The position numbers were made by a program, and so were the translations under genes. From Phycisphaerales bacterium (GTDB lineage Bacteria > Planctomycetota > Phycisphaerae > WQYP01), in NCBI GenBank assembly GCA_027451365.1, contig DAIDJN010000026.1:31404-95403 (forward strand): a DNA stretch of 64,000 nt, read 5' to 3'. The notes under the pieces were generated by a model. That model did not search any database, was not told the DNA's origin, and worked only from the letters and a program-made list of their open reading frames with translations. Of the stretch, positions 22,121 through 30,595 are shown one piece after another (the stretch's first letter is position 1; the number at the start of each line of letters is the position of its first letter).

Positions 22121-22716
22121 GGCTAAAAGTATACGAGACCTTGGCCCCAAGGGCGAGTATCGCGGTATGGCGTGGTGTGGCGTCTTTCATATTTGCGCCG
22201 CGGCCGGTAACCAAGGCTTTTGGAATAAGCCCGCCTGTATATGGTCCGCCATAATCGCAAACGCGCTCAAGAGGCGGCGTGGGTCAGTTCACTTAACCGA
22301 GCTGAACCAGTGGTTGAGTCTGCCAAAATGCCGGAATGTATTCACTTGTTAAACAGCCGGATGCTGTGCTTCGCAGTGTTTCGCCGTTTTTGGTTCGGGG
22401 CGCGGTTCGTCCGGTTTTGGCGAACCGGCGTGTTCGTCCATAACAGTTATAAAGGTGAACGTGGTCAATAAGGGCGGCGGGTAAAAAAAATGACCACCCC
22501 GGCGATCTTAAACGAACTGGCAATGCATCGCCCGCCTTGAACGAACCGCTTCGCTTGAACATGGGGTGCTGCGCTTCAAGTTTTTCTTCAGTATGGGCGG
22601 CGGGCGACGGTATCGGATGAATGGGCAGCAAAGAAGGTGCATTGACTTGGTAGGCCGCGGATGCCAGTGTATGATTCAAATTACCGAAGCAAGGTCGGCC
22701 TTTCTCAAGGCAGTTT

Positions 22717-23565
22717 ATGGTCGCACTGGATAAACAATTTGACCACCACCACGGCACCAAGCCGCGAAGTTGCGGCCGCTGGCGCAATAAGTCTTGGCAG
22801 GCTGGAAAAACTCCTGGTCGCCGGACCGCAGACAGCTTGTTTGCCCGTCGTGACGATAAATCCATTTCCTCCAATACCTCCTGTGCGAATGAAATAATTT
22901 ATTGCGGCTATCGCTTTGATCCCGAGACGCAGCTTTATTACGTCCGCAATCGGACCTACAACTCCGCACTTGGCCGCTGGATTCAACGTGATCCGATTGG
23001 GTACAAGGGTGGGATTAATTTGTATGGGGATGTGGAAGGCGGTCCGGCGGGGGCGGCGGATGCAACGGGTTTGCAGGTTTACATCGGCCCGGGATCGGGC
23101 TGGCCGCAAGGGTCGGCATCGGGGGTTGGGGCTTATACCCAAGAACTCCAATGGCAGTATATTCAATGGTGGCAAGAGGGAAATCAACTTTCTTCGGAAA
23201 TGATGTCGGGGTTTCTTTCGCAGCAGTTTGCCAAGACCGGCGATAACGCGGGTTTGGCTTTCGAGAAATTCGCTGGCGAACTGAAATCTGATCCACGCTA
23301 CCGCGCGGCGGCGCAGACGCATATTCAGCAAATGGCGATTAAATATGGCAAGCCCGGCGTATTCTTATTGTGGCCGAAAATTCCGCCGAAGGGAAAATTT
23401 TTCCTTTTGAAACTCAAGGCCACCAACGCACAATACGCCTCAAATTATTTCTTTGGCACTCCGTTGCCGCAATTTGCTGGCTCGCTCGGCGTGGCACATA
23501 TTGGATATCTGGGCGGTGTCATGATTATAAAAGGGTGCCCCGGGCACCTGCACTGGAAGGTTTAG
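22717..23565 (+). CDS. RHS repeat-associated core-tip protein with a variable C-terminal domain (orphan polymorphic-toxin module 1)
   Basis: 282 aa. NEIIYCGYRFDPETQLYYVRNRTYNSALGRWIQRDPIGYKGGINLYGDV is the terminal RHS core signature (YDxxTGLYY.R.RYYDP..GRF...DPIG..GG.NLY.Y). It is followed by DATGL and about 165 aa with no motif I recognise. No YD-repeat shell lies upstream. Confidence 0.75.
   Translation: MVALDKQFDHHHGTKPRSCGRWRNKSWQAGKTPGRRTADSLFARRDDKSISSNTSCANEIIYCGYRFDPETQLYYVRNRTYNSALGRWIQRDPIGYKGGINLYGDVEGGPAGAADATGLQVYIGPGSGWPQGSASGVGAYTQELQWQYIQWWQEGNQLSSEMMSGFLSQQFAKTGDNAGLAFEKFAGELKSDPRYRAAAQTHIQQMAIKYGKPGVFLLWPKIPPKGKFFLLKLKATNAQYASNYFFGTPLPQFAGSLGVAHIGYLGGVMIIKGCPGHLHWKV
22838..23035. 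repeat. RHS-core homology block, copy 1 (paralogous to 25569-25769)
   Basis: Hand alignment of 22860-23035 against 25594-25769 gives 21 mismatches in 176 nt. Similarity is looser for about 20 nt upstream. Divergence is abrupt after the block. Confidence 0.9.
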
Positions 23566-23571
23566 GCTGAA

Positions 23572-23727
23572 ATGATGGAAGGCAACTGGTACCACTATAT
23601 CAGCGACTGGTTTGATAATCAGGAGCCGGTCTATCACGCAGGGTACGTTCTCCAGGGCCAATTTGGTTTCAAGCCCTATTACCATCAAATGTTATGGTAC
23701 GATTCGTTCCATGGATCGCTTAAATAG
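23572..23727 (+). CDS. Aromatic-rich 51-aa microprotein, candidate immunity or partner of toxin module 1
   Basis: The ATG lies 6 nt after the module-1 stop. Translation: MMEGNWYHYISDWFDNQEPVYHAGYVLQGQFGFKPYYHQMLWYDSFHGSLK. It falls below the ORF-track length cutoff. No SD seen. Confidence 0.35.
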   Translation: MMEGNWYHYISDWFDNQEPVYHAGYVLQGQFGFKPYYHQMLWYDSFHGSLK

Positions 23728-23832
23728 GCGGGCACGTTAGATGGAAGCTGGGCGTTGTCCTGACGGTATTTCGGTTTTGCGCAAGCCACGGGAATCGCGT
23801 CTTGCCAGTCGCAATGTTTCCTTTGGAGGCAC

Positions 23833-24432
23833 GTGGTGAATACGACCGGTCCGGTTAACAGCCAGTCTGGAAAAGGTGAGGGTGTCGCCTCGGCACCTCG
23901 GTTTGGTGCTTCCATTTGGATAGCGTTTATACGAGTATTCAACATGATTCTGTGGGCGGCAATTATCTTTATCCTGATCCTGTCTGCCATGATGTCCGGG
24001 GCTGTTGTCTGGTGCCTCAACAACCGTGCCAAGGAGGTCGAAGTGGTGTCCGGCCAATACAGGGGGCGTATTGTGAAGGCTGAAATCTGTTGCGATGAAG
24101 TGCCCGTGGGCGACTGGGTGCCGCTGTCGGCGGGAACCGTCAGGCGGCTTAACGCGGCCGTTCTAGTGCCCCGCCCCTTGGAAACGACTATTGCGGGTGG
24201 TGAGACGCTTGCGTTGCGACTTGTTTTTGCCGACGGTTATACAGTTGACCTCCCGGCATATTTCGGCTATTCGGCGCTGTGGCTATTTGCAAACAATCCG
24301 AATGGGGTTTTTACGGCCCCGAGGTGCCGATCCTACGTTTGCGCCGGGCGTATGGAACTGCAACCATTGTCGCCCTCGCAGGCACGCATCGTGCAAAAAG
24401 TTCAGGACGAGACTGTCGGGCCGATATTCTGA
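23833..24432 (+). CDS. Single-pass membrane protein, hypothetical (candidate immunity)
   Basis: 199 aa. GTG start with GGAGG just upstream. TM helix IWIAFIRVFNMILWAAIIFILILSAMMSGAVVW. Same strand as the toxin modules. Confidence 0.55.
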   Translation: MVNTTGPVNSQSGKGEGVASAPRFGASIWIAFIRVFNMILWAAIIFILILSAMMSGAVVWCLNNRAKEVEVVSGQYRGRIVKAEICCDEVPVGDWVPLSAGTVRRLNAAVLVPRPLETTIAGGETLALRLVFADGYTVDLPAYFGYSALWLFANNPNGVFTAPRCRSYVCAGRMELQPLSPSQARIVQKVQDETVGPIF

Positions 24433-24506
24433 TTGATACCGAGCGGTGACACTGCCTGTGGGCTGATCGCCGCAATACTTAAGGCAATGTAAATGCTGGT
24501 TCAAAC

Positions 24507-25202
24507 ATGATCGTTAGCCACTGGGCGTTAATCGGGCGTTCCCTCCGCAGCACGGTGCTCACCGGCTTATTGGCGGCGCTGTTTCTGTTCAACGCATACA
24601 CCGGCTACACCAAATTCGACATTCGATTGGGCGAATTATTGCTGGCCTTGGCTTGGCCTTGGGTGGCCGCATGGGTGCTTCGCCGCCAGCGGGCCAAATT
24701 GCGGGTTAGTCTTCGGGCTGCAGTTGTAACATTGGCCGCCTTGAGCTCCATTTTGACCGCTGCTTTGACCGTCGCGGCGCTGGCGGCAAGATGCGTCGGC
24801 AAGGCGGCTGGATCGGGAGCCTCATCCGGGGCAATCTTGCTGCTTGGGAGTGCGGCAGGACTTTGGGTTGTGGGCTTAGGCCGCCGCAAGCCGATCGCGC
24901 CGACCGGCTTGCGTTCTTGGCTCGCCATGGCCGCGATACTCAATGCGGCGCTGATCGCTTTTCGATTGCCGCGGCTTTCCGCGGCATTGCTGGGCTATTT
25001 CATGTGCAGCGTGGCAATTCTTGCGACCGATCCCGCTGCACAAGTGGCCGTTGGATTGCGGAAGAAAATTCCGCACTGTCGCGTCCCGAGGCGGGTGCTC
25101 ACGCTATTGGCCCGTACTTGTCTGCTTGTGGTTTGCCTGATTGCGACGACAGCGATTTTCTTCATTCTCATCAATTTATTGAGTTATGATTATTCGTTAT
25201 GA
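24507..25202 (+). CDS. Multi-pass membrane protein, hypothetical
   Basis: 231 aa with about 6 hydrophobic helices (LTGLLAALFLFNAY, LLLALAWPWVAAWVL, VVTLAALSSILTAALTVAALA, LLVVCLIATTAIFFILINLL). Lies inside the RHS-tip island. Confidence 0.5.
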   Translation: MIVSHWALIGRSLRSTVLTGLLAALFLFNAYTGYTKFDIRLGELLLALAWPWVAAWVLRRQRAKLRVSLRAAVVTLAALSSILTAALTVAALAARCVGKAAGSGASSGAILLLGSAAGLWVVGLGRRKPIAPTGLRSWLAMAAILNAALIAFRLPRLSAALLGYFMCSVAILATDPAAQVAVGLRKKIPHCRVPRRVLTLLARTCLLVVCLIATTAIFFILINLLSYDYSL

Positions 25203-25423
25203 AGACCATTGCGGTTCAGGTGCGGCGTACAAAGGCGGAGTGTTCCAGCGAGTGCAAGTCTCGCCCCGGTAAAGGTTGTTGCGACTAGGAAGCTATCCAA
25301 GCGGAGGCGAAAGGAAAATCCATCTTCCGCAGTCGGCTGATTACCCCAGTTTGCCGACTGTTGCGCAATCTGGATTTTTTTGGCAACAGGCGACACATTT
25401 TCGGTACCCGGTCCGAGAAAATA

Positions 25424-25452
25424 TTTACCGCGAATTTGAATAAGGGTATAAT
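25424..25452 (+). promoter_or_regulatory. Candidate sigma70-like promoter for toxin module 2
   Basis: TTTACC (25424-25429), a 17-nt spacer, then TATAAT (25447-25452). The first in-frame ATG after it is at 25505. Confidence 0.4.
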
Positions 25453-25504
25453 CCAAGTTGGAACAGCTCGAAAAGGAATCGCGCGTTTGGTTGCAACTGA
25501 CGAA

Positions 25505-26278
25505 ATGTTTTCGGAATGCTTGCTTGCCAGCCAAAGCCCCCGGCGGCAGAATTGTGGTGCAGACATCCTGTCTGCCCGTCGTCCTCGCGATACATCCATT
25601 TCCTCCAATACCTCCTGTGCCAATGAAATAATCTATTGCGGCTACCGCTTTGATTCTGAATCGCAGCTTTATTACGTCCGCAATCGGACATACAACCCCG
25701 CCCTTGGCCGTTGGATTGAGCGTGATCCGATCGGGTATGCCGGCGGAATTAATTTGTATGGGTATGTGGGAGGTGGTTCAGCGTGCGAGACGGATCCGAG
25801 CGGCGAGTTGAGCGGTTTCTGGCGCTGGGATTTCTGTTTCGCTGCTTGCATAGACGACAACGACCCAATACATTTCATCCTCGCGCGGATACTGGCCACA
25901 CTGGCGGGCGTTCAGTTGCCGAAATCGTTTGTCGCGAGACTTGCTACTGCGGTGGGTGACGTTAAATTTGCGAATGCTCTGGGGAGGCCGATCGCGGGTG
26001 CATCTAGATTTACGACCATTCCGAGCGTCCTATCTCATCAACTGGAACTCGGAGGCCGCAATGTATTGCGAGCGTTTGGCCGCTTTGCCGCACCTTTTGA
26101 CGTGGCGTATGGGCTGCTGCTGGCGCAAGTCGAATCCTGGTGCGGGTATTACTGCTGTTCGCACACTGTGTATAATCCAACCACCGGAAATATTCTAGTG
26201 GATATTCGCAACGAGGGTTCGGCGAATTCCGGCTCAGACTCCGGGAGTGATTACAGTAACATGGTGGTGGTGCCCTAA
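25505..26278 (+). CDS. RHS repeat-associated core-tip protein with a variable C-terminal domain (orphan polymorphic-toxin module 2)
   Basis: The ORF is open from 25361. The ATG at 25505 follows the predicted promoter. NEIIYCGYRFDSESQLYYVRNRTYNPALGRWIERDPIGYAGGINLYGYV, then DPSGE, then about 155 aa unrelated to module 1 (hydrophobic, with a CGYYCC cluster). Confidence 0.75.
   Translation: MFSECLLASQSPRRQNCGADILSARRPRDTSISSNTSCANEIIYCGYRFDSESQLYYVRNRTYNPALGRWIERDPIGYAGGINLYGYVGGGSACETDPSGELSGFWRWDFCFAACIDDNDPIHFILARILATLAGVQLPKSFVARLATAVGDVKFANALGRPIAGASRFTTIPSVLSHQLELGGRNVLRAFGRFAAPFDVAYGLLLAQVESWCGYYCCSHTVYNPTTGNILVDIRNEGSANSGSDSGSDYSNMVVVP
25569..25769. repeat. RHS-core homology block, copy 2
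   Basis: See copy 1. It has the same reading frame and the same motif order. Confidence 0.9.
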
Positions 26279-26280
26279 CG

Positions 26281-26676
26281 ATGCAAATTGTGCCGCTCAA
26301 CATTGACTTTCCATTGCCCCGTAGCAGCATCGAACTGCCATTTTTCCCGAGTAAACGGCGCAATGTTCGATGGCTGATCCAAAGGCAATTGATCGCCAGA
26401 AATCCGCTGGATGTTGCATTGCGGTGGAGCCGGGCGGGCGAACTGGGCGGTTATCATGCGATTGTTGGCCCAATGGCGGCGGAATGTATGGGCTGGAAGA
26501 ACAGTCTTTTCGTGCCGGAAGATCCATTGAAGTTCATCCTTTATGAGAAATATAGCGTCGATACGGAGGCAGTTTCGTTCCTGACCAGAATTTATAAAAT
26601 ATTTAACGTACCAACCCCCGAAATGTCGGAGCTTTATGGCGAGTTTATCGCCATGCTTCGCCAATGCACCGCTTGA
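26281..26676 (+). CDS. Candidate immunity protein of toxin module 2
   Basis: 131 aa. The ATG starts 2 nt after the toxin stop (taacgATG). Soluble-looking sequence (…SELYGEFIAMLRQCTA). Preferred over the antisense 189-aa ORF because of this coupling. Confidence 0.55.
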   Translation: MQIVPLNIDFPLPRSSIELPFFPSKRRNVRWLIQRQLIARNPLDVALRWSRAGELGGYHAIVGPMAAECMGWKNSLFVPEDPLKFILYEKYSVDTEAVSFLTRIYKIFNVPTPEMSELYGEFIAMLRQCTA

Positions 26677-26806
26677 GGGTGAGAGCTCGCGCCAATGTTT
26701 GAACGCTCGATGTTGAGGATTAGAAAATATCTCAAAACAGTGTATCGATGCTGGCGGCGATACCACAATAATCCGCAGGCCAATTGAATGATGCCAAGGT
26801 AGTAGC

Positions 26807-27082
26807 ATGACTTTTTCGCTTACCTCACCAGAATGCCGCGGCATTTGCTCAGCCAGCCCGGAGTGCGTTCCACCTGACGCATGGACGCAGAAAATGGTGC
26901 CGGCCCAGTGGGCAGATGTTTTCTGGTTCGTAAATCCAGGATATTTATTTTTTGCTCCATTGAGTCACTCCATTAAAAGTTGTGGTTTTCAAGTCACTGT
27001 CGCGGTGGGCGTCGTGGCTGGTGCGGCGGTCGTCGTGGCTGTTTCTTTTCGGGCGAGACGCCCGACCCCCGAGGTGTTTTGA
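26807..27082 (+). CDS. Hypothetical small protein with a C-terminal hydrophobic segment
   Basis: 91 aa. VTVAVGVVAGAAVVVAVSF, then RARRPTPEVF. Its 3' end is the first copy of a 57-bp direct repeat. Weak support. Confidence 0.3.
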   Translation: MTFSLTSPECRGICSASPECVPPDAWTQKMVPAQWADVFWFVNPGYLFFAPLSHSIKSCGFQVTVAVGVVAGAAVVVAVSFRARRPTPEVF

Positions 27083-27090
27083 CCTGCGGC
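27034..27090. repeat. 57-bp direct repeat, copy 1
   Basis: Sequence cgtggctgtttcttttcgggcgagacgcccgacccccGaggtgttttgacctgcggc. Identical to 27362-27418 except for one base. Confidence 0.95.
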
Positions 27091-27361
27091 ATGTGTTTCA
27101 CTGAATTTAGCTGTTGATTCCATGCCTTCTGACGGGATATTGGCGGCGTATTCTGGTATGAAAGTTTATCCGCCTCCGCTGTGGTCTTTTACAACTAACG
27201 GCGATCAACGAACAGAAAAATAGAGTTCCCGCCAATTTGCTCATGGAAACAAAATATGTGGAATCTGTGGATTGGTTTATTCCGGTGCGTCTTTGTTTCG
27301 TGGTGATGACCAATGGCTTCCGGTTATGCGATATCCAGCGTCCTGGGCGGTGAACGCGGAC

Positions 27362-27418
27362 CGTGGCTGTTTCTTTTCGGGCGAGACGCCCGACCCCCAA
27401 GGTGTTTTGACCTGCGGC
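27362..27418. repeat. 57-bp direct repeat, copy 2
   Basis: Same 57-mer with G>A at one position. In the frame used by copy 1 there is a stop 9 nt upstream, so this copy is not the end of an ORF. Confidence 0.95.
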
Positions 27419-27773
27419 CAAAGTGGCTGTCTGCCGCCAGCGTTGCGTTGCTTACATCGCGTGCCAATACTCATATGCCAATGCCCCCAGGTCACCGGGT
27501 ATCTGATTTACTTATCCATAAACTTCCGCCTGATAACCGTTCATTGGGATGCGGGGCGAACAAATGGGGGCGATATGCTCTTATATAGAATCGCTATGCG
27601 ATTAACGGGGCCGCAAATCAGGTCATTTGCCGATCGCCAAAAAGTGGCGATACCCTGGCATTTCTGCAATCAGGAATTGATTGTCGGCATCCGATCCGGC
27701 CGTTATAATTTATTTAATAAAGTTTACCAGCCCGCTTGGGGGCTGATTCTGGCGGTTATGAAGGAAGAAACTT

Positions 27774-29603
27774 ATGTTTCGCAATTGTCTTAAGGGCCTG
27801 TTTCTAGTCATGGTGTCTGGTTTGTTTGCCGGGGCAAATGCCGCCGCCGCGCCGGCCTGGCATATGGTAAAAGGCCGCCTCACCACGCCGTGGGATAAAG
27901 ATGTCAACCCGGCGCACGACTGGGTGCATTATCCGCGGCCGCAGATGGTGCGCACTCAATGGAAGAACCTGAACGGATTGTGGCATTATTCGATTGTCGG
28001 CAAACATGCAGCCGAGCCGCGCCAATATCAGGGCCGGATTCTTGTGCCGTTTCCGGTGGAGTCCGCACTATCCGGCGTGGCCGAAAACATTGGTGCGGGC
28101 CAACAAATCTGGTATCAACGGACGTTTACGTTGCCGGCCGCGTGGAAACATCAACAGATTCTGCTGCATTTCGGTGCCGCAAACTGGCGGACCCGAGTGT
28201 GGGTGAATGGCCAAAAAGCGGGCAGCCACAAGGGCGGCTATGACGCGTTTACCTTCAATATAACCAAAGACCTTAAATCAAGTGGAACGCAACTCATAAC
28301 GGTAAGCGTGTGGAATCCGGTGGATAAGGGCCGGCAGCCCATCGGCAAACAGCGCCTGCATCCGGGCGGTATTTTCTACACCGCTTGCTCGGGTATCTGG
28401 CAGACGGTTTGGCTGGAACCGGTGCCTGCGGCGTACATCAAGTCCCTGCGAATTGTGCCACATGTGGATCAGGGCAATGTGACAGTCACCGTTCATGCCG
28501 CTGGTGGCACCGCGACGGTTGTGGTACTAAACGGCGCGCAACCGGTGGGTCACGTGACCGGCAAAGCAGGCCGGCCGCTTGTGGTGCCGATTCCTCGTGC
28601 CAAATTATGGTGGCCCAACCGGCCTTTTTTATACAATCTGGACGTAACCCTTAAATCCGATGGCAGAACAGATGAGGTACAAAGTTACTTTGGAATGCGC
28701 AAGATTTCGATCGGTCCGGACCGCCGCGGCGTGCTGCGCATATTGCTGAATAATAAGTTCGTTTTTGAGCGCGGCCTGCTGGACCAAGGCTACTGGCCGG
28801 ATGGAATATATCTGGCACCGACGGACAAGGCGCTGCGTTTTGATATTCAGGAAAGCAAGGCGCTCGGCTTTAACATGTGCCGCAAACACCAGAAGGTGGA
28901 ACCGGCACGCTGGTATTACTGGTGCGACAGGCTTGGTTTTCTGGTATGGCAGGACATGCCTGCGGCCTTTTACTCTAAAAAAGGACCATCAACCAAAGTT
29001 GAAACGCAATACCGTCATGAATTAACCCGCATGATCCAGCAGCACGAAAATGACACCTGTATCATTGGATGGACGCCCTTTAATGAAGGGTGGGGGCAGT
29101 ATGACACCCATGCCATCGTGGCCTTGATTCATCAACTGGATCCTTCCCGGCTGATTGATGATGCCAGCGGCTGGGTGGACAAAGGCGCAGGCGACATTCG
29201 CGATACCCACCACTATCCAACGCCTTGGTGCCGCCTGCCGGGAAAACACCGCGCTTCGATTGATGGCGAATTTGGCGGATTGGGCCTGGCGGTTCGCGGC
29301 CATTTATGGCAGAAGAAATTTTTTCAATACCAAGGTTTCAAAACGCCTCAGGCGGAACTGATTCGATTCAGGCAGCTTTGGCGCGAAGTCTGGGGCATGG
29401 AAAAGGATCCGGGGGTCATTACAGCCACGCCGGGCGTTGCGAAAACACCCTGGTGGGCCAAAGGGCGCGGAATGTCCGGCGCGGTGTATACGCAAACTAC
29501 AGATTGCGAAGGAGAAATTAACGGCATGATGACCTATGACCGCCGCGTTATAAAAATGCCGGTAAAAGCGGTAAACGCCGCTGTCAGAAACGTGAAGAAA
29601 TAG
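27774..29603 (+). CDS. Secreted glycoside hydrolase family 2 protein
   Basis: 609 aa. Signal peptide MFRNCLKGLFLVMVSGLFAGANAAAAP. GH2 sugar-binding signature ILLHFGAANWRTRVWVNGQKAGSHKGGYDAFTFNIT. TIM-barrel motif WTPFNEGWGQ. Confidence 0.85.
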   Translation: MFRNCLKGLFLVMVSGLFAGANAAAAPAWHMVKGRLTTPWDKDVNPAHDWVHYPRPQMVRTQWKNLNGLWHYSIVGKHAAEPRQYQGRILVPFPVESALSGVAENIGAGQQIWYQRTFTLPAAWKHQQILLHFGAANWRTRVWVNGQKAGSHKGGYDAFTFNITKDLKSSGTQLITVSVWNPVDKGRQPIGKQRLHPGGIFYTACSGIWQTVWLEPVPAAYIKSLRIVPHVDQGNVTVTVHAAGGTATVVVLNGAQPVGHVTGKAGRPLVVPIPRAKLWWPNRPFLYNLDVTLKSDGRTDEVQSYFGMRKISIGPDRRGVLRILLNNKFVFERGLLDQGYWPDGIYLAPTDKALRFDIQESKALGFNMCRKHQKVEPARWYYWCDRLGFLVWQDMPAAFYSKKGPSTKVETQYRHELTRMIQQHENDTCIIGWTPFNEGWGQYDTHAIVALIHQLDPSRLIDDASGWVDKGAGDIRDTHHYPTPWCRLPGKHRASIDGEFGGLGLAVRGHLWQKKFFQYQGFKTPQAELIRFRQLWREVWGMEKDPGVITATPGVAKTPWWAKGRGMSGAVYTQTTDCEGEINGMMTYDRRVIKMPVKAVNAAVRNVKK

Positions 29604-29776
29604 GCCGCGGGGCAAATGTCCGTATAAAAACTCCCGCCGGAAAAAGGGGTATCCTGTCCGCTGACAAAGTGAAGCCGCGGCAGACTGAGAATTCAACTTC
29701 CCCGCGGTTCACAGCGCACTATAATTCGGATGCGTTGCGCATGTTGATTTTGCGCGGCATTGGGAAATAGTTGCTG

Positions 29777-30595
29777 ATGAAGCCGCTTCATATAGACCAC
29801 GCCACACTTGAACTGCCCCGCCTTCCCGCGGCGTTTGAGGCGATGCGCGTATTGCATTTGTCTGACCTGCATCTGACCCACTGGATTCCCCGCATGGAAA
29901 AAACGCGCAAAGCGCTAAGCGAACTGCGGCCGGACCTGGCGGTCATTACCGGCGACCTGGGGCACCGGAGCTGGCGATGGAGGCAGTCTTTGCCGGCTGT
30001 TTTGCGGCTTTTAGAACCGATTCATGCACCGCTGGGCACCTATTTTATTTTGGGTAATCATGATTCACCGCAGCTTGGCGCTGAACTTAGCCGCCACGGA
30101 ATGCGGATGTTGACCAATGAATCGGTAGTGCTGACGCGGCGCGGACAGCGCGTGGCGCTGATTGGGCTGGCCCAACACAAGCGGATTGATACCGATATTC
30201 CCGCAGCCCTGACCCATACGCGAACGAATGATTTCAAGCTGATGCTGATGCACTATCCGGACCTGATTTTTGCCGCCGGGGCGGCGGGTGCCGATGTCTG
30301 CCTTGCGGGCCATACCCATGGCGGGCAAATATGTTATCCGGATGGCAGCCCGATTATGGGGCACGATGCACTTTCGCCGCAACAGTGCAGTGGCGTTCAT
30401 AAAATCAATGGGACATGGCTTGTGGTGAATCGGGGTGTGGGCAAGGCGGGGGTGCGGCTGCGGTTGTTTTGCCCGCCACACGCGATTCTTTTGACGTTTA
30501 CCCGCGGTTGGCGGAGTGCGGAACGCTCCGAAATATCTGAAGATACGAAGACAGATTCCGCGACACGGCAAGTCAGTGCAGCAGCACCGCGCTGA
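29777..30595 (+). CDS. Metallophosphoesterase (YaeI-like)
   Basis: Motifs LHLSDLHL, TGDLGH, LGNHD and AGHTHGGQ. ATG 29777 chosen; the longest ORF starts at TTG 29771. Confidence 0.85.
   Translation: MKPLHIDHATLELPRLPAAFEAMRVLHLSDLHLTHWIPRMEKTRKALSELRPDLAVITGDLGHRSWRWRQSLPAVLRLLEPIHAPLGTYFILGNHDSPQLGAELSRHGMRMLTNESVVLTRRGQRVALIGLAQHKRIDTDIPAALTHTRTNDFKLMLMHYPDLIFAAGAAGADVCLAGHTHGGQICYPDGSPIMGHDALSPQQCSGVHKINGTWLVVNRGVGKAGVRLRLFCPPHAILLTFTRGWRSAERSEISEDTKTDSATRQVSAAAPR

Noticed and set aside
22293-22874. 193-aa minus-strand ORF upstream of and overlapping RHS-tip module 1
   Set aside because: It has no motif, overlaps the better-supported plus-strand ORF, and its translation looks non-protein-like.
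26275-26844. 189-aa minus-strand ORF opposite the candidate immunity gene 26281-26676
   Set aside because: The plus-strand ORF is coupled to the toxin stop (2-nt gap) and reads more like a globular protein. The call remains uncertain and is flagged in the findings.
27272-27793. 173-aa plus-strand ORF running into the GH2 start. Related ORFs at 27107-27421 (-) and 27313-27588 (+).
   Set aside because: They are mutually overlapping with no motif. They contain the non-coding second copy of the 57-bp repeat. The region was treated as non-coding remnant.
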